64,000 nucleotides of DNA from an uncultured Alphaproteobacteria bacterium. Its GTDB lineage: Bacteria; Pseudomonadota; Alphaproteobacteria; Rs-D84. Of this stretch, positions 27,577-38,683 are shown piece after piece. Where the stretch lies: contig CAKQGH010000002.1 of NCBI GenBank assembly GCA_934232895.1, positions 15,287-79,286 of the forward strand. The letters are read 5' to 3'. Every line of letters begins with the position of its first letter. The first letter of the stretch is position 1. Made by a program: the position numbers and the translations under genes. The notes under the pieces were generated by a model. The model was not told where the DNA came from. It ran no database searches and saw nothing but the letters and a program-made list of their open reading frames with translations.

Positions 27577-29040
27577 TTATATTTTCCGGTCAATAATATA
27601 CGCAATCGGCAGGTATATTGCCCCATATACCGCAATGGCCACAAACATGGTCCAGATACTGGTAATTGGCACAAACCACAGCGCCACGCCCAATGCGCCG
27701 GCCAACAATGCAAATGCCGCAATTGCGCGAACCGTGCGGCCATCGTGATGCACCAGTGCACCCCGCCGGCACGCACGCCCCAACAGGTAATTTTTCAAAT
27801 ATCCACTGGCCACGACGCCAATTGGAATTGCCAAATATCCAACAAATGGGAACAATGCCAAATACAACACCGCTGCCACGCCCAGCGAAATCATACTGGT
27901 GCGAACAGGCGTTTTTACATCCTGGGATGCATACAGGGTTTTGCTGTAAATCTGGCTGGCCATCATCGCGGGCAGGGCGAAAACCTGAATCATAATTGCC
28001 AACGCCACCGCGTGGGTCGATGCCGCCGTCCATGCGCCATATTGAAACAGATATTTGATAATAGGCTCGGCCAATACGAACAGACCCGCCACGCATGGCA
28101 TAATCAGCATCATTGATTTGCGCAGGGACGAATTTTGCTGGATATAAACACTGCGCATATTTTTATCGGCCAATGCGTTTGATATAGACGACATCAAAAC
28201 CGTGCCCACCGCCAGGCCAATCATTGCAAACGGCAATTGTACAATTCGGTCGGAATAATACAGCCACGATACCGCCCCCGATTGAAAACTGGCAACCAAT
28301 GTACCGACGATGATGGTGATTTGATAAAAACCGTTGCCAACAATGCTGATGCCCAGGCGCCCGAACATACTTTTGATGCCGGGTGTCCATTTTGGACGCA
28401 CCAGGCGCAGACCAAAATGCCGCTGGCGTATGCGCGACCACAGAACAATAAACTGGATAATGCCCGATGCGACAACCGTGCCCGCCATCAAATACAAAAC
28501 GCCATCCGATATATTAAAATACGCCGCCGCCAACAATGCGGCAATCAACATTATGTTCAGCATAACCGGCATAAACGCCGCCAATAAAAATCGTGAACAA
28601 GCGTTTAATATCGCCGATAAAAACGCCGACCCGCATACAAAGATGACATACACGAACATTATGCGCGAAATCAGAACCGTCAATTCCATTTTCCCGGGTG
28701 TTGCGGCAAAGCCCGGTGCCAATACCCATACGACCAACGGCATAAATATTTCAAACACTATCGTTATGCCCAACAGCACGACCATCAGCCACGAAAACAC
28801 ATTTTTTGCAAAATTGTCGTCTTTCTTGCAATCGGTGTACATTGGAATGAATATGGCGGACAGTGCGCCTTCGCCCAACAGGTCGCGAAACAAATTCGGT
28901 AATTTGAATGCCGCCAGAAATATGTCGGACAGACGTCCCGCGCCCAACACGCGCGCAATCAACATATCACGCACAAATCCAAATATACGGCTGATACCGG
29001 TCATGGCGCCAACGCCGAATATTTTCCTGCCCAGATTCAT
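27577..29040 (-). CDS. murJ: lipid II flippase MurJ
   Basis: 487 aa polytopic protein. 'GFVRDMLIARVLGAG...FLAAFKLPNLFRDLLGEGALSAIFIP' MurJ N-terminus. Confidence 0.85.
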   Translation of the reverse strand: MNLGRKIFGVGAMTGISRIFGFVRDMLIARVLGAGRLSDIFLAAFKLPNLFRDLLGEGALSAIFIPMYTDCKKDDNFAKNVFSWLMVVLLGITIVFEIFMPLVVWVLAPGFAATPGKMELTVLISRIMFVYVIFVCGSAFLSAILNACSRFLLAAFMPVMLNIMLIAALLAAAYFNISDGVLYLMAGTVVASGIIQFIVLWSRIRQRHFGLRLVRPKWTPGIKSMFGRLGISIVGNGFYQITIIVGTLVASFQSGAVSWLYYSDRIVQLPFAMIGLAVGTVLMSSISNALADKNMRSVYIQQNSSLRKSMMLIMPCVAGLFVLAEPIIKYLFQYGAWTAASTHAVALAIMIQVFALPAMMASQIYSKTLYASQDVKTPVRTSMISLGVAAVLYLALFPFVGYLAIPIGVVASGYLKNYLLGRACRRGALVHHDGRTVRAIAAFALLAGALGVALWFVPITSIWTMFVAIAVYGAIYLPIAYIIDRKI

Positions 29041-29118
29041 GTTTCGCCCCTTGATAAAAAAATGCTTTTATTTTTCTGTGCTTATAACTATACTCAAACC
29101 AAACAAGAGAATTCAAGT

Positions 29119-29838
29119 ATGAAAAAAATATTTATGCTGTTTTGTGTGGCGGCGATATTGGCGTCGTGTGGCGGCAAATCGGAAATAGACCAGCAATTGC
29201 CGTTGGCGGAAATTTATGCCAATGCATACGCCGAATTTAACGATGAAAATTACGAGGCGGCGGCCGCTGAATTTCTGAAGGCCGAAACCCAGTACCCGTC
29301 CAGTCCGTGGGCGGCCGATGCGCTGGTTATGGCGGCATATTCACAGTACTTGGATGATGATTTTGCCGGGGCCATTTTGGCAATAGACCGTTTTATGCGG
29401 TTCCATCCGGGACACAGTGATGTGCCATATATGCTGTATCTGCGCGGGATGTGTTATTATCGCCAGGTCAGTGATGTTCGCCGCGAACCCGGAATGTCGG
29501 CGTATGCGTTGCAGCAATTCCAACAATTGGTTCAACGGTTCCCTAATTCGCCGTACGCCAAGAATGCCGAAAATAAAATTCTGATTTTGAAAAACTATCT
29601 GGCGGGCAAGGTTATGTACGCTGCGCGCAGTGATATGAAAAAGCAAAATTGGACCAGTGCCATTTCGCGTCTGCAATCGGTTGTGGCCGGTGCCCAAGAA
29701 ACCGTTATGACGCCCGAGGCGTTATTCCGTCTGACCGAATGCTATACGGCGATTGGTTTGCCGGACCAGACCGCGGGTTATGCGCAAATGTTGCGTATGA
29801 ATTTCCCAGACAATGAATGGACGAAAAAGTTAAAATAA
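29119..29838 (+). CDS. bamD: outer membrane protein assembly factor BamD-like TPR lipoprotein
   Basis: Lipobox 'LASCG'; TPR-like helices; position upstream of era. Confidence 0.6.
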   Translation: MKKIFMLFCVAAILASCGGKSEIDQQLPLAEIYANAYAEFNDENYEAAAAEFLKAETQYPSSPWAADALVMAAYSQYLDDDFAGAILAIDRFMRFHPGHSDVPYMLYLRGMCYYRQVSDVRREPGMSAYALQQFQQLVQRFPNSPYAKNAENKILILKNYLAGKVMYAARSDMKKQNWTSAISRLQSVVAGAQETVMTPEALFRLTECYTAIGLPDQTAGYAQMLRMNFPDNEWTKKLK

Positions 29839-29884
29839 CAATATTTTTATTCACTTTTGTTTTTGCTGTGGTATTCTGCACGGT

Positions 29885-30790
29885 ATGAATACGAAAAACG
29901 AAAAAACATATTCTGGGTTTGTTGCCATTGTGGGGCCAACAAACGCCGGAAAAAGCACATTACTCAATCAAATTATGGGGCGCAAGGTATCCATTGTTTC
30001 GCACAAGGTGCAAACCACGCGAACCAATCTGCGCGCGGTCAAAATGGTCGGTAATCGCCAGGTTATCCTGGTCGACACCCCGGGCGTTTTTGTGCCAAAA
30101 CGACGCCTGGACCGGGCGATGGTTGGTGCGGCAATGACCGCGATTTCTGACGCGGATGCGGTATTGCTGATTATGGATGCACAAAAGGGAATAACCCCGA
30201 CCATTCGTGGTCTGGTTCAAAAAATTTGCGACCATAAAAATCTGTTCGTTGCATTGAACAAGGTTGACGCGATAAGAAAGCAAGACCTGTTGCCGATTGT
30301 GGCCGAATTGTCGGAATTGGCACCGTGGCGCGAAATATTTATGATTTCGGCACTGAAAAACGACGGCGTGGATGGAATGCTGAAATCGCTGGCGGCGGTA
30401 ATGCCGGCATCGCCATATCTGTTTGACGCGGCCGACGCGGTGGATGTGCCGGATAATTTGTATCTGGCGGAATTGACCCGGGAAAAGATTTATAAATACA
30501 TTCACCAGGAATTGCCATATCACATAAACGTTCTGACCGAACGGGTTGATGTTGACCCGGACGGCGTCTTGGATATATACCAGAAAATCGCCGTGCAAAA
30601 TGATGCACATAAAAAGATTGTAATTGGTCGTGGTGGCGAACAATTGAAACAAATCGGCACCGCCGCCCGCCATGATATTCAAGACCAATGGGGCGTGAAC
30701 GCGCGGTTGCATTTGTTCGTGCGCGTGGAACCCGATTGGGAAGACAAGGCGGAAAATTACGCAGACCAGGGATTAGAGTTCAAGAAATAA
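29885..30790 (+). CDS. era: GTPase Era
   Basis: G1 'GPTNAGKST', G3 'DTPG', 'NKVD', C-terminal KH domain. Confidence 0.9.
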   Translation: MNTKNEKTYSGFVAIVGPTNAGKSTLLNQIMGRKVSIVSHKVQTTRTNLRAVKMVGNRQVILVDTPGVFVPKRRLDRAMVGAAMTAISDADAVLLIMDAQKGITPTIRGLVQKICDHKNLFVALNKVDAIRKQDLLPIVAELSELAPWREIFMISALKNDGVDGMLKSLAAVMPASPYLFDAADAVDVPDNLYLAELTREKIYKYIHQELPYHINVLTERVDVDPDGVLDIYQKIAVQNDAHKKIVIGRGGEQLKQIGTAARHDIQDQWGVNARLHLFVRVEPDWEDKAENYADQGLEFKK

Positions 30791-30791
30791 A

Positions 30792-32282
30792 ATGTTGCAC
30801 ACATCTGATTTTGATTTTGAATTGCCATCTGAATTGATTGCATCGCACCCGCTGGCGCGCCGTGACGCATCCCGTATGCTGGTGGTGAAAAGTTCCCCTC
30901 CGTTGGGGGGGTGTCGCGAATGCGACGGGGTGGTCAGAGATTCCGTAAATTACAGAACATTGCCATTTAACAGTAAATTAAAAGAAAAAGCACGCGCTTT
31001 GCGTCGCGCTGGCAGTTTGCCAGAAGTACTGTTATGGAAAGAAATCAAAAATCATCAATTGAACGGGTTGGATTTTGACAGACAGAAAGTCATAGGCGAT
31101 TATATAGTGGACTTTTTCTGTGCGTCCAGATTCGTCGTTCTGGAAATAGACGACAAAGCGACGCATGCTTTAAAAGCAGAATCCGATGCGGCGCGCGACG
31201 AGTATATGCGTGGCCTGAATCTCACTGTTATACGAATCCCGGCGGCGGATGTGTTGAAAGATGCACATGCGGTTTATCTGTGGCTCTCTAACCACCCCGC
31301 CTTGCAGGCGCCCCTCCAACGGAGGGGAACTTGTGTCGAATTATCTGACCGGCATATTCGGGATTTTTTGGATTATATTCGCCCGGGCGATGTTGTGGTG
31401 TTTAATAATTCGCGTGTTATTCCGGCGCGTTTTGATGCGACCGATGCCGCGGGGCATGCGTATGAAATCACACTGCACACCGCGGCGGGCGGCAAACTGT
31501 GGTGGGGCCTGTGCAAGAAATTCACCCGCATTGCGGTTGGCGACACATTGACCATGACCGATGGCACGCAAATCCGCGTGGTTGCAACCGACCCCGACAG
31601 TGGGTTAAAACTGGAATTTTTATGCGATGATGTGTTTGCGGTTCTGAATAAAATTGGCAAAATGCCATTGCCACCATATATGCATCGCGACCAGGAATAT
31701 TCCGACCGTGAACGGTATCAGACCGTGTATGCCGACCCAATTGGTTCAATGGCGGCGCCAACCGCGGGGCTGCATTTTACCCCAGAACTGATGGATGAAA
31801 TCACGCGTCGTGGTGCAACGATTGTAAAGGTCACACTGCACGTTGGTGCGGGCACATGGATGCCGGTCAAGACCGAGGATTTATCCCAACACAAAATGCA
31901 CAGCGAGTGGTGCCAGATTACCCCCGCCCAGGCGGATATTATAAACAATGCAAATCGCGTTATTGCGGTGGGTACGACATCAATGCGAACGTTGGAAAGT
32001 GCGGCAATGCGTAATCGTGAATTGCCGGAATCAGAGCGTGGCCACCGTGTTGTGCCGTTTTGTGATACGACCGATATATTTATTACACCGGGGTACACAT
32101 TTGGTGCGGTGGACGTGTTGCTGACGAATTTCCATTTGCCAAAATCTACATTATTTATGTTGGTTTCCGCGTTCGCTGGATTGGATGAAATGAAGGCCGC
32201 GTACGCGCATGCGGTCGCCGAAAAATACAGATTCTTTTCATACGGCGATTGTTGTTTGTTATTTAAAAAGGATGGGGAATAA
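30792..32282 (+). CDS. queA: S-adenosylmethionine:tRNA ribosyltransferase-isomerase QueA carrying a ~154 aa in-frame insertion
   Basis: QueA N-terminus 'DFDFELPSELIASHPLARRDASRMLVV', then the insertion, then 'IRPGDVVVFNNSRVIPARF...GTTSMRTLESAA...TNFHLPKSTL'. 496 aa versus ~345 typical. Confidence 0.85.
   Translation: MLHTSDFDFELPSELIASHPLARRDASRMLVVKSSPPLGGCRECDGVVRDSVNYRTLPFNSKLKEKARALRRAGSLPEVLLWKEIKNHQLNGLDFDRQKVIGDYIVDFFCASRFVVLEIDDKATHALKAESDAARDEYMRGLNLTVIRIPAADVLKDAHAVYLWLSNHPALQAPLQRRGTCVELSDRHIRDFLDYIRPGDVVVFNNSRVIPARFDATDAAGHAYEITLHTAAGGKLWWGLCKKFTRIAVGDTLTMTDGTQIRVVATDPDSGLKLEFLCDDVFAVLNKIGKMPLPPYMHRDQEYSDRERYQTVYADPIGSMAAPTAGLHFTPELMDEITRRGATIVKVTLHVGAGTWMPVKTEDLSQHKMHSEWCQITPAQADIINNANRVIAVGTTSMRTLESAAMRNRELPESERGHRVVPFCDTTDIFITPGYTFGAVDVLLTNFHLPKSTLFMLVSAFAGLDEMKAAYAHAVAEKYRFFSYGDCCLLFKKDGE
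30888..31349 (+). mobile_element. in-frame insertion inside queA: a DUF559 (Vsr/MutH-like endonuclease fold) domain followed by an RPE-like palindrome
   Basis: 'LPEVLLWKEIKNHQLNGLDFDRQKVIGDYIVDFFCASRFVVLEIDDKATH...RDEYMRGLNLTVIRIPAADV' DUF559 signature. RPE unit 'caccccgccttgcaggcgcccctccaacggaggggaac' at 31284-31330 translated in-frame. Confidence 0.7.
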
Positions 32283-33394
<1,112 letters not shown>

Positions 33395-33395
<1 letters not shown>

Positions 33396-33730
33396 TGAGT
33401 GAAGATATAAAAAATCAAAAACAAATTGCGGCACCAAAATTGGTGCTGAATGACCGCGATAAATTCTATCTGGCGGTGTCGGAACCACGCGTGGTTGGCA
33501 AAACCAGCATTGTGTACACATTGGTGTGTTTGGGTACCGGTGGTTCTTATTATGAAATGATTCCGCGCACCGAAATGGCGTCGTTTGATAATCCGGGCGA
33601 TGCGAATATGTTTTATAATGCGGTTTCTGAAATGGGGCGGTATCAACACAAACAGCCGAACTGGGAATCGTTTCGTCGTATAATTGATGCCGACAAATAT
33701 ATCAGCATATTTCAACAGAATACCAGATAA
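33395..33730 (+). CDS. hypothetical protein
   Basis: 111 aa ORF coupled to the tgt stop; no recognisable motif. Confidence 0.4.
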
Positions 33731-33789
33731 CACTTGCGCGGGCGCGCAACAAAATATTAAAATCGTACCATAATTAACAGGGGGATGAA

Positions 33790-34773
33790 ATGGCCAAGAA
33801 AGAAATAGAAGTTATTGATCGCGGTGGGGCAAAGACCGTTGCCAAAAAAACATCGTATATCACATGGGTTAAACGTGGGTTCGCGGTTGTGTCTGTGATG
33901 TGGGTTGCACTGGTTGTGTGGGCGCCACTGCATGTAAAGAACACATATTCTGGACCAATTAAAAAATCAATTGTTGTGTCGATGTTCTTTGACCTGCAAC
34001 GCAATATCGCGACCCAATATGAAAAATTATTGGACGGGATAAAAAAATCTATTGATTTGGAAAAGCCTGTATCGTTCGCCATTGACAGGGTCAAGGTTGC
34101 CGAAAACGCCGTGAACAAGGTTGGTGACGCCACCGCCAGCGCTAAAAAGGTCACGGGCGAGGCCGCCAAAACAACATCTGATGCGAAAAAAGTCACGGGG
34201 CTGATGGGCAAATTGGGCGTTAAAACAAGCGGCCTGGACAAGGCTATTGACAGCGTCGACAAAAACATAGACCAGGCAAATCGTGGTGTTGCGCGTGTTG
34301 ATGAAACGGCCGCATTGGTCAACAAACAACTGGATCGTGCGGAACGCGAATTGACCACCGTTTTGCAAACCCAAATTGACCAGATGATTGACGAGGCAAT
34401 CAAAACCCAACTGGATAAAAGCACGGGCGGTCTGGGCACGACATTTTTGAAAAATTACGGTATTGAACATGTGTACCCATGGCGTCCGTCGTCGTGGCCG
34501 GTGGCAACCAAGATTTATGACGATTTGTCTAAATCCAGCCTCAGCACCATTCAAATTATCACTGGCACGGTCGATAAGTATTTCGGCTATGTCGCATGGG
34601 GATTGGTTATTGCCGCGTGGGCGATTGGCGCACTGGTGTGGTTGATGCTGTTCAAGAAAGTCAAGGCAATGATTTCGCCGTTTATCGTGTGCCCACGCTG
34701 TGGCAACACATTTGCCGATAAACGCACCGCGTACGGTATTTTGAAGGCCTTGCAACCATGGAAATGGCTGTAA
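33790..34773 (+). CDS. hypothetical membrane protein with central coiled-coil and C-terminal CxxC zinc-ribbon-like motif
   Basis: RBS agggggatgaaATG; TM helices near both ends; 'CPRCGNTF'. Confidence 0.45.
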   Translation: MAKKEIEVIDRGGAKTVAKKTSYITWVKRGFAVVSVMWVALVVWAPLHVKNTYSGPIKKSIVVSMFFDLQRNIATQYEKLLDGIKKSIDLEKPVSFAIDRVKVAENAVNKVGDATASAKKVTGEAAKTTSDAKKVTGLMGKLGVKTSGLDKAIDSVDKNIDQANRGVARVDETAALVNKQLDRAERELTTVLQTQIDQMIDEAIKTQLDKSTGGLGTTFLKNYGIEHVYPWRPSSWPVATKIYDDLSKSSLSTIQIITGTVDKYFGYVAWGLVIAAWAIGALVWLMLFKKVKAMISPFIVCPRCGNTFADKRTAYGILKALQPWKWL

Positions 34774-35018
34774 TGCGCGGGCGGGGCGGCGCGTATTATC
34801 TGGTGTGTGTTGCGCTGGCGGATGCGGCATTTGCCGATGTGGCGCGGTTGCAATGCTATTACCATGATTTGTTGCGATATGACGACGCACGCCGCTGTGA
34901 TTTGGCATTTTACAATCGGCGTCGTATGGGGGCGCGTATGTTTACATCGCGCCGTCGCGGCATTCTGTATAAACATATCCCCCAGAAAAAGCGGTAATTT
35001 TAACAAACAGGAGAAAAT

Positions 35019-35294
35019 ATGGCGGACAAAACAATTAAAATAGACCAGGGAATGACAGAAACCCCGGTGCCCGTGCAGCCATCTGGGTGCGGGTGGTTTT
35101 TGTTGACGGCATCGGCGGCCACAATTGCATTTATGACGATGGGAATTGCGGGCGCAGCGTTCCAATCAAACGATTTGAAAAGCCAAGAATTGGACATTCG
35201 TCGCCAAGAATTGGACTTGCAACAGCGTCAACATGCGTTGGATTCCGTGCGGTTCGAGTATATTCGTCAAAATATGCATGAACATAAAAAATAA
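35019..35294 (+). CDS. small membrane protein (hypothetical)
   Basis: RBS aacaggagaaaat; one TM segment; Q/E-rich coiled tail. Confidence 0.4.
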   Translation: MADKTIKIDQGMTETPVPVQPSGCGWFLLTASAATIAFMTMGIAGAAFQSNDLKSQELDIRRQELDLQQRQHALDSVRFEYIRQNMHEHKK

Positions 35295-35338
35295 TACTTG
35301 CATTCTGATAAATACTGTGTCAGAATATGCCACGCAGT

Positions 35339-35415
35339 GCGAGCGTAGCTCAGTTGGCTAGAGCGCAACCTTGCCAAGGTTGAGGTCGAGGGTTCGAGCC
35401 CCTTTGCTCGCACCA
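35339..35415 (+). tRNA. tRNA-Gly (anticodon GCC)
   Basis: GCGAGCGTAGCTCAGTTGGCTAGAGCGCAACCTTGCCAAGGTTGAGGTCGAGGGTTCGAGCCCCTTTGCTCGCACCA; anticodon loop TTGCCAA. Confidence 0.9.
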
Positions 35416-35426
35416 GAGTTTTATGA

Positions 35427-35451
35427 AACCACCCGAATGGGTGGTTTTTTG
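35427..35451 (+). terminator. rho-independent terminator after tRNA-Gly
   Basis: aaccacccgaatgggtggtttttt. Confidence 0.7.
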
Positions 35452-35855
35452 TGTAATAAATTTTTTCCTGTACATTTTATTGTGGCGCCCGTATAATTAC
35501 CATCGGATTTCAACGGTGATTGAAGTTCGGGACTTAGAAACTCCCAGACAACTGCTCGGTGCGAAAGCATCGTGAACACATTATGTTGGTGCATTTCGCA
35601 CCGAATTATCCCGACACATTTGGTCGGGAAGCCGCTGGCTATACCACAGGGGCAACCCAAAGGCCAATGGGGTCATCAAGCAGTTTATGACGTTTCTAAC
35701 TTCCCGACCGCTCAATAAAATTGGCGGTTTTTCTTTTACCCGCGATGTCTGACCTTATTCCCAAAAATGGGCGGGTGCGTGCGTTATATATCGAAGGCGC
35801 ATGGGGCCGTTTACCGGTTGTTTGAACCCCGCCCCCAGAATAACAGGAGGCCCCC

Positions 35856-36755
35856 GTGCCACGTGTTTCGGTATTGATGCCTGCATATAATTCGGCAAAG
35901 TATATTGCAGAGGCTATTGAAAGTATTCTGAACCAGACATTTACGGATTTTGAATTTATCATTATAAACGATGGGTCAACCGATGATACACCCAAAATTG
36001 TGCGCAAATACGCCGCGCGTGATCCACGCATAAAATTTATTGATAACAGGCGGAACCAGGGTTTAATCGCCGTCCTGAACCAGGGGTTGGATTTATGCAC
36101 CGGTGAATATATCGCCCGCATGGACAGTGACGATATATCCCGCCCAGAACGTTTCAAATTACAGGTTGATTACATGGACTCGCACCCAAATGTCAGCGTT
36201 GTTGGTGGAAAAATAAAGGTGTTTGGTTCCCTGACATGTATCCCAGAATATTCGCCAACCATCAAATTGTTCGACTTGCTGATATACGGCAGCCGCGTTT
36301 CGCATCCAACTGCAATGATACGCACATCGGTTTTGCGGAATAATAAAATATATTATGATCCCAAATATCCCCATGCCGAGGATTATGGATTTTGGGTTTC
36401 TATCGCGCGCGCGTCCGAAATCCATAATTTGCAAACGGTGTTACTGGACTATCGCTGGCATGATACAAATGTGTCGGTTTTACATCATAAAACCCAGACG
36501 GAAAGTGCGGAACGCGTTCGTCACGATTTGTTGGAAACGGTTTTAACAAATGACAAAGATGTAAAAAAATTACTGAATCTGACACGCGAATTGCACCAAC
36601 ATTTTTGGCTGTTTGGATTTTTACCCATTATTCGTCGCAAACAATATTCAATTACCAAGACGAAGTATTATCTGTTTGAAAAAATCCCGTTATTACGTAT
36701 TCAGGACGGAAAAATATACCTGTTTGAATTTATAAAAATAGGAAGCCTGCGATGA
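35856..36755 (+). CDS. family 2 glycosyltransferase
   Basis: GTG start with RBS acaggagg. 'VSVLMPAYNSAKYIAEAIESILNQTFTDFEFIIINDGSTD' GT-A fold, 'ARMDSDD'. Confidence 0.8.
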   Translation: MPRVSVLMPAYNSAKYIAEAIESILNQTFTDFEFIIINDGSTDDTPKIVRKYAARDPRIKFIDNRRNQGLIAVLNQGLDLCTGEYIARMDSDDISRPERFKLQVDYMDSHPNVSVVGGKIKVFGSLTCIPEYSPTIKLFDLLIYGSRVSHPTAMIRTSVLRNNKIYYDPKYPHAEDYGFWVSIARASEIHNLQTVLLDYRWHDTNVSVLHHKTQTESAERVRHDLLETVLTNDKDVKKLLNLTRELHQHFWLFGFLPIIRRKQYSITKTKYYLFEKIPLLRIQDGKIYLFEFIKIGSLR

Positions 36756-38683
36756 ACCCGATAAATATTGCATTTTGTATCAATGATGGGTACACACCCC
36801 AACTGGCGGTGGTTTTAACCTCAATCATGAAAAACACCACGCGCAATGTCGTGGCGTATGTTTTTTCATCTGATATGTCGGATGCGTCCAAACAGAAATT
36901 AAATAAACTGAAATTATTTTTCAAAAAACTGACCATAAATTTTGTTGCCGTATCTGATGCGAAATTACGGGCGTTGCCCCGCACAATTGATTACATATCG
37001 GTTGAAACATATTACCGGTATTTAATCCCAGAATTGTTGCCAGAATTGGACAAGATTTTATATCTGGACGCCGACATCGTCGTTCGTGGCGATATTGCGC
37101 CACTGTATGACTTTGATATATCGGGTTATTATATCGCCGGCGCAAATGATTTATGGGTGTGTGACACAAAGTACAAGGAAAAAATCAGATTTGCCCAAAA
37201 TGAATTGTATGTAAATGCCGGCGTTTTGCTGATGAATTTGAAAAAAATGCGTGCCGACAAAATGGCCCAGACATTGATTCAAGAAACCACCAAATTGGCT
37301 GGCAAAATTCAGTATCAGGATCAAGATGTCTTGAACATCGTATGCCGAGGTCATGTCGCAGAATTTGACAGCATTTATAACTATACATCGCACAACATAT
37401 ACGATGAACGTGCGAAATTAAATTCGGCGGTAATCATTCACTATACGGGTTCCAAAAAGCCGTGGCTGAAAGATAAACGCCACCCGATGAAGAAATTTTG
37501 GATGAAATACGCAAAGGAGTATAAAAAAATGGCACATAAAAAATTACGTGTTGCATTACTGATTGATGAATTTTTTGGCGGGGCAGGTACTGCTTTCGGC
37601 GGATATGGGGCATTGGCGCGTAAGTATATTGCGAAATATATACCATGTGACGATATTAAAATGGATGTTTTATTGGGCGGTCGTGGGCATCGGTTCACAT
37701 CACGTAAATACCATGTTGATAACGTCAATTTGTATAATTTACCGCGCAAACATTGGGCGTCGCGTTTATTCTTGCGTCGCAAAAACTATGATGTGTATTT
37801 GTCCATTGAATTGACCGATGATTGGGTTTTGCGTCATGAAACAAATAAAAACAAGAAACTGATTTTGTGGATTCAAGACCCCCGGCCAAAATCAGCGTGG
37901 GAGAACACAATTGACACAATGCAATCAATCAAGGACCCTTGTTTTTATACAGAACATATATATAAAACTGTAAATGCGTGGAATGCGGCTGGTCGAGTAA
38001 AATTTATATCACAGGGATATTGTTTGAATCCATTAGCATTTGAATTGTATAGTTTGCCGGCTAATACACCTGTACAGTATTTGCCTAATCCAATTGAAAT
38101 GGATATGCAATTCAAATTTGATATAAACAAGAAAAAGAAACAAATTATTTTCCTTGGACGGCTAGAGGCACAAAAACGGTGTTGGATGTTTTGCGAAATA
38201 GCAAGGCGCATGCCAGAGTATGAATTTTATGTATTAGGCCAATTTTTCCGATACAAGGAAGACAATATTCGGATGATGGAACCATATATGCATAACGATA
38301 TTTCGAATTTGCATTTTGTTGGGCATGTTGATGGCGAAACCAAAGCAAAACTGATACGAGAATCGCGTATGTTGGTCAGTACTGCAATATGGGAGGGTAT
38401 ACCAATTTCATGGCTAGAAGTATTGTCGTACGGTACGGTGATAGTGTCAGATTTGGAACGTGAGAATTTAGTAAAACAGTTCGGTAAAATGGTTGGTGAA
38501 ATCCCGGGCGACGGATTTGACGGAGTGGATAAGTTTATACCTGCCATACGTGAATTGATGGAAAACGATGCTTTGTACATCAAGAAGGCGGCAGGAGCAA
38601 TAAAATACGTTCGTAAAATTCACAACATTCCAAAATTTATCAACGACATGCGAAATGTCATATACCAAGAGGCAGGAAAATGA
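36752..38683 (+). CDS. bifunctional glycosyltransferase (N-terminal GT8 LPS-glycosyltransferase-like domain fused to C-terminal GT4/GT1-type domain)
   Basis: GT8: 'NIAFCINDGYTPQLAVV...YLDADIVVRGDIAPL...HYTGSKKPW'. GT4: 'GRLEAQKR...EGIPISWLEVLSYGTVIVSD'. ATGA overlap with the upstream GT2. Confidence 0.7.
   Translation: MNPINIAFCINDGYTPQLAVVLTSIMKNTTRNVVAYVFSSDMSDASKQKLNKLKLFFKKLTINFVAVSDAKLRALPRTIDYISVETYYRYLIPELLPELDKILYLDADIVVRGDIAPLYDFDISGYYIAGANDLWVCDTKYKEKIRFAQNELYVNAGVLLMNLKKMRADKMAQTLIQETTKLAGKIQYQDQDVLNIVCRGHVAEFDSIYNYTSHNIYDERAKLNSAVIIHYTGSKKPWLKDKRHPMKKFWMKYAKEYKKMAHKKLRVALLIDEFFGGAGTAFGGYGALARKYIAKYIPCDDIKMDVLLGGRGHRFTSRKYHVDNVNLYNLPRKHWASRLFLRRKNYDVYLSIELTDDWVLRHETNKNKKLILWIQDPRPKSAWENTIDTMQSIKDPCFYTEHIYKTVNAWNAAGRVKFISQGYCLNPLAFELYSLPANTPVQYLPNPIEMDMQFKFDINKKKKQIIFLGRLEAQKRCWMFCEIARRMPEYEFYVLGQFFRYKEDNIRMMEPYMHNDISNLHFVGHVDGETKAKLIRESRMLVSTAIWEGIPISWLEVLSYGTVIVSDLERENLVKQFGKMVGEIPGDGFDGVDKFIPAIRELMENDALYIKKAAGAIKYVRKIHNIPKFINDMRNVIYQEAGK

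Noticed and set aside
34758-34997. 79-aa ORF (MEMAVMRGRGGAYYLV...) after the 33790 gene
   Set aside because: It is Arg/Ala-rich low-complexity, has no RBS, and overlaps the stop of the upstream gene. Probably non-coding.
35452-35855. RNase P RNA / SRP RNA / riboswitch in the long leader
   Set aside because: No match to P4 'AGGAAAGUCCGGGCUCC', the SRP domain IV 'GGAAGGAAGCAGCC', or common riboswitch cores.
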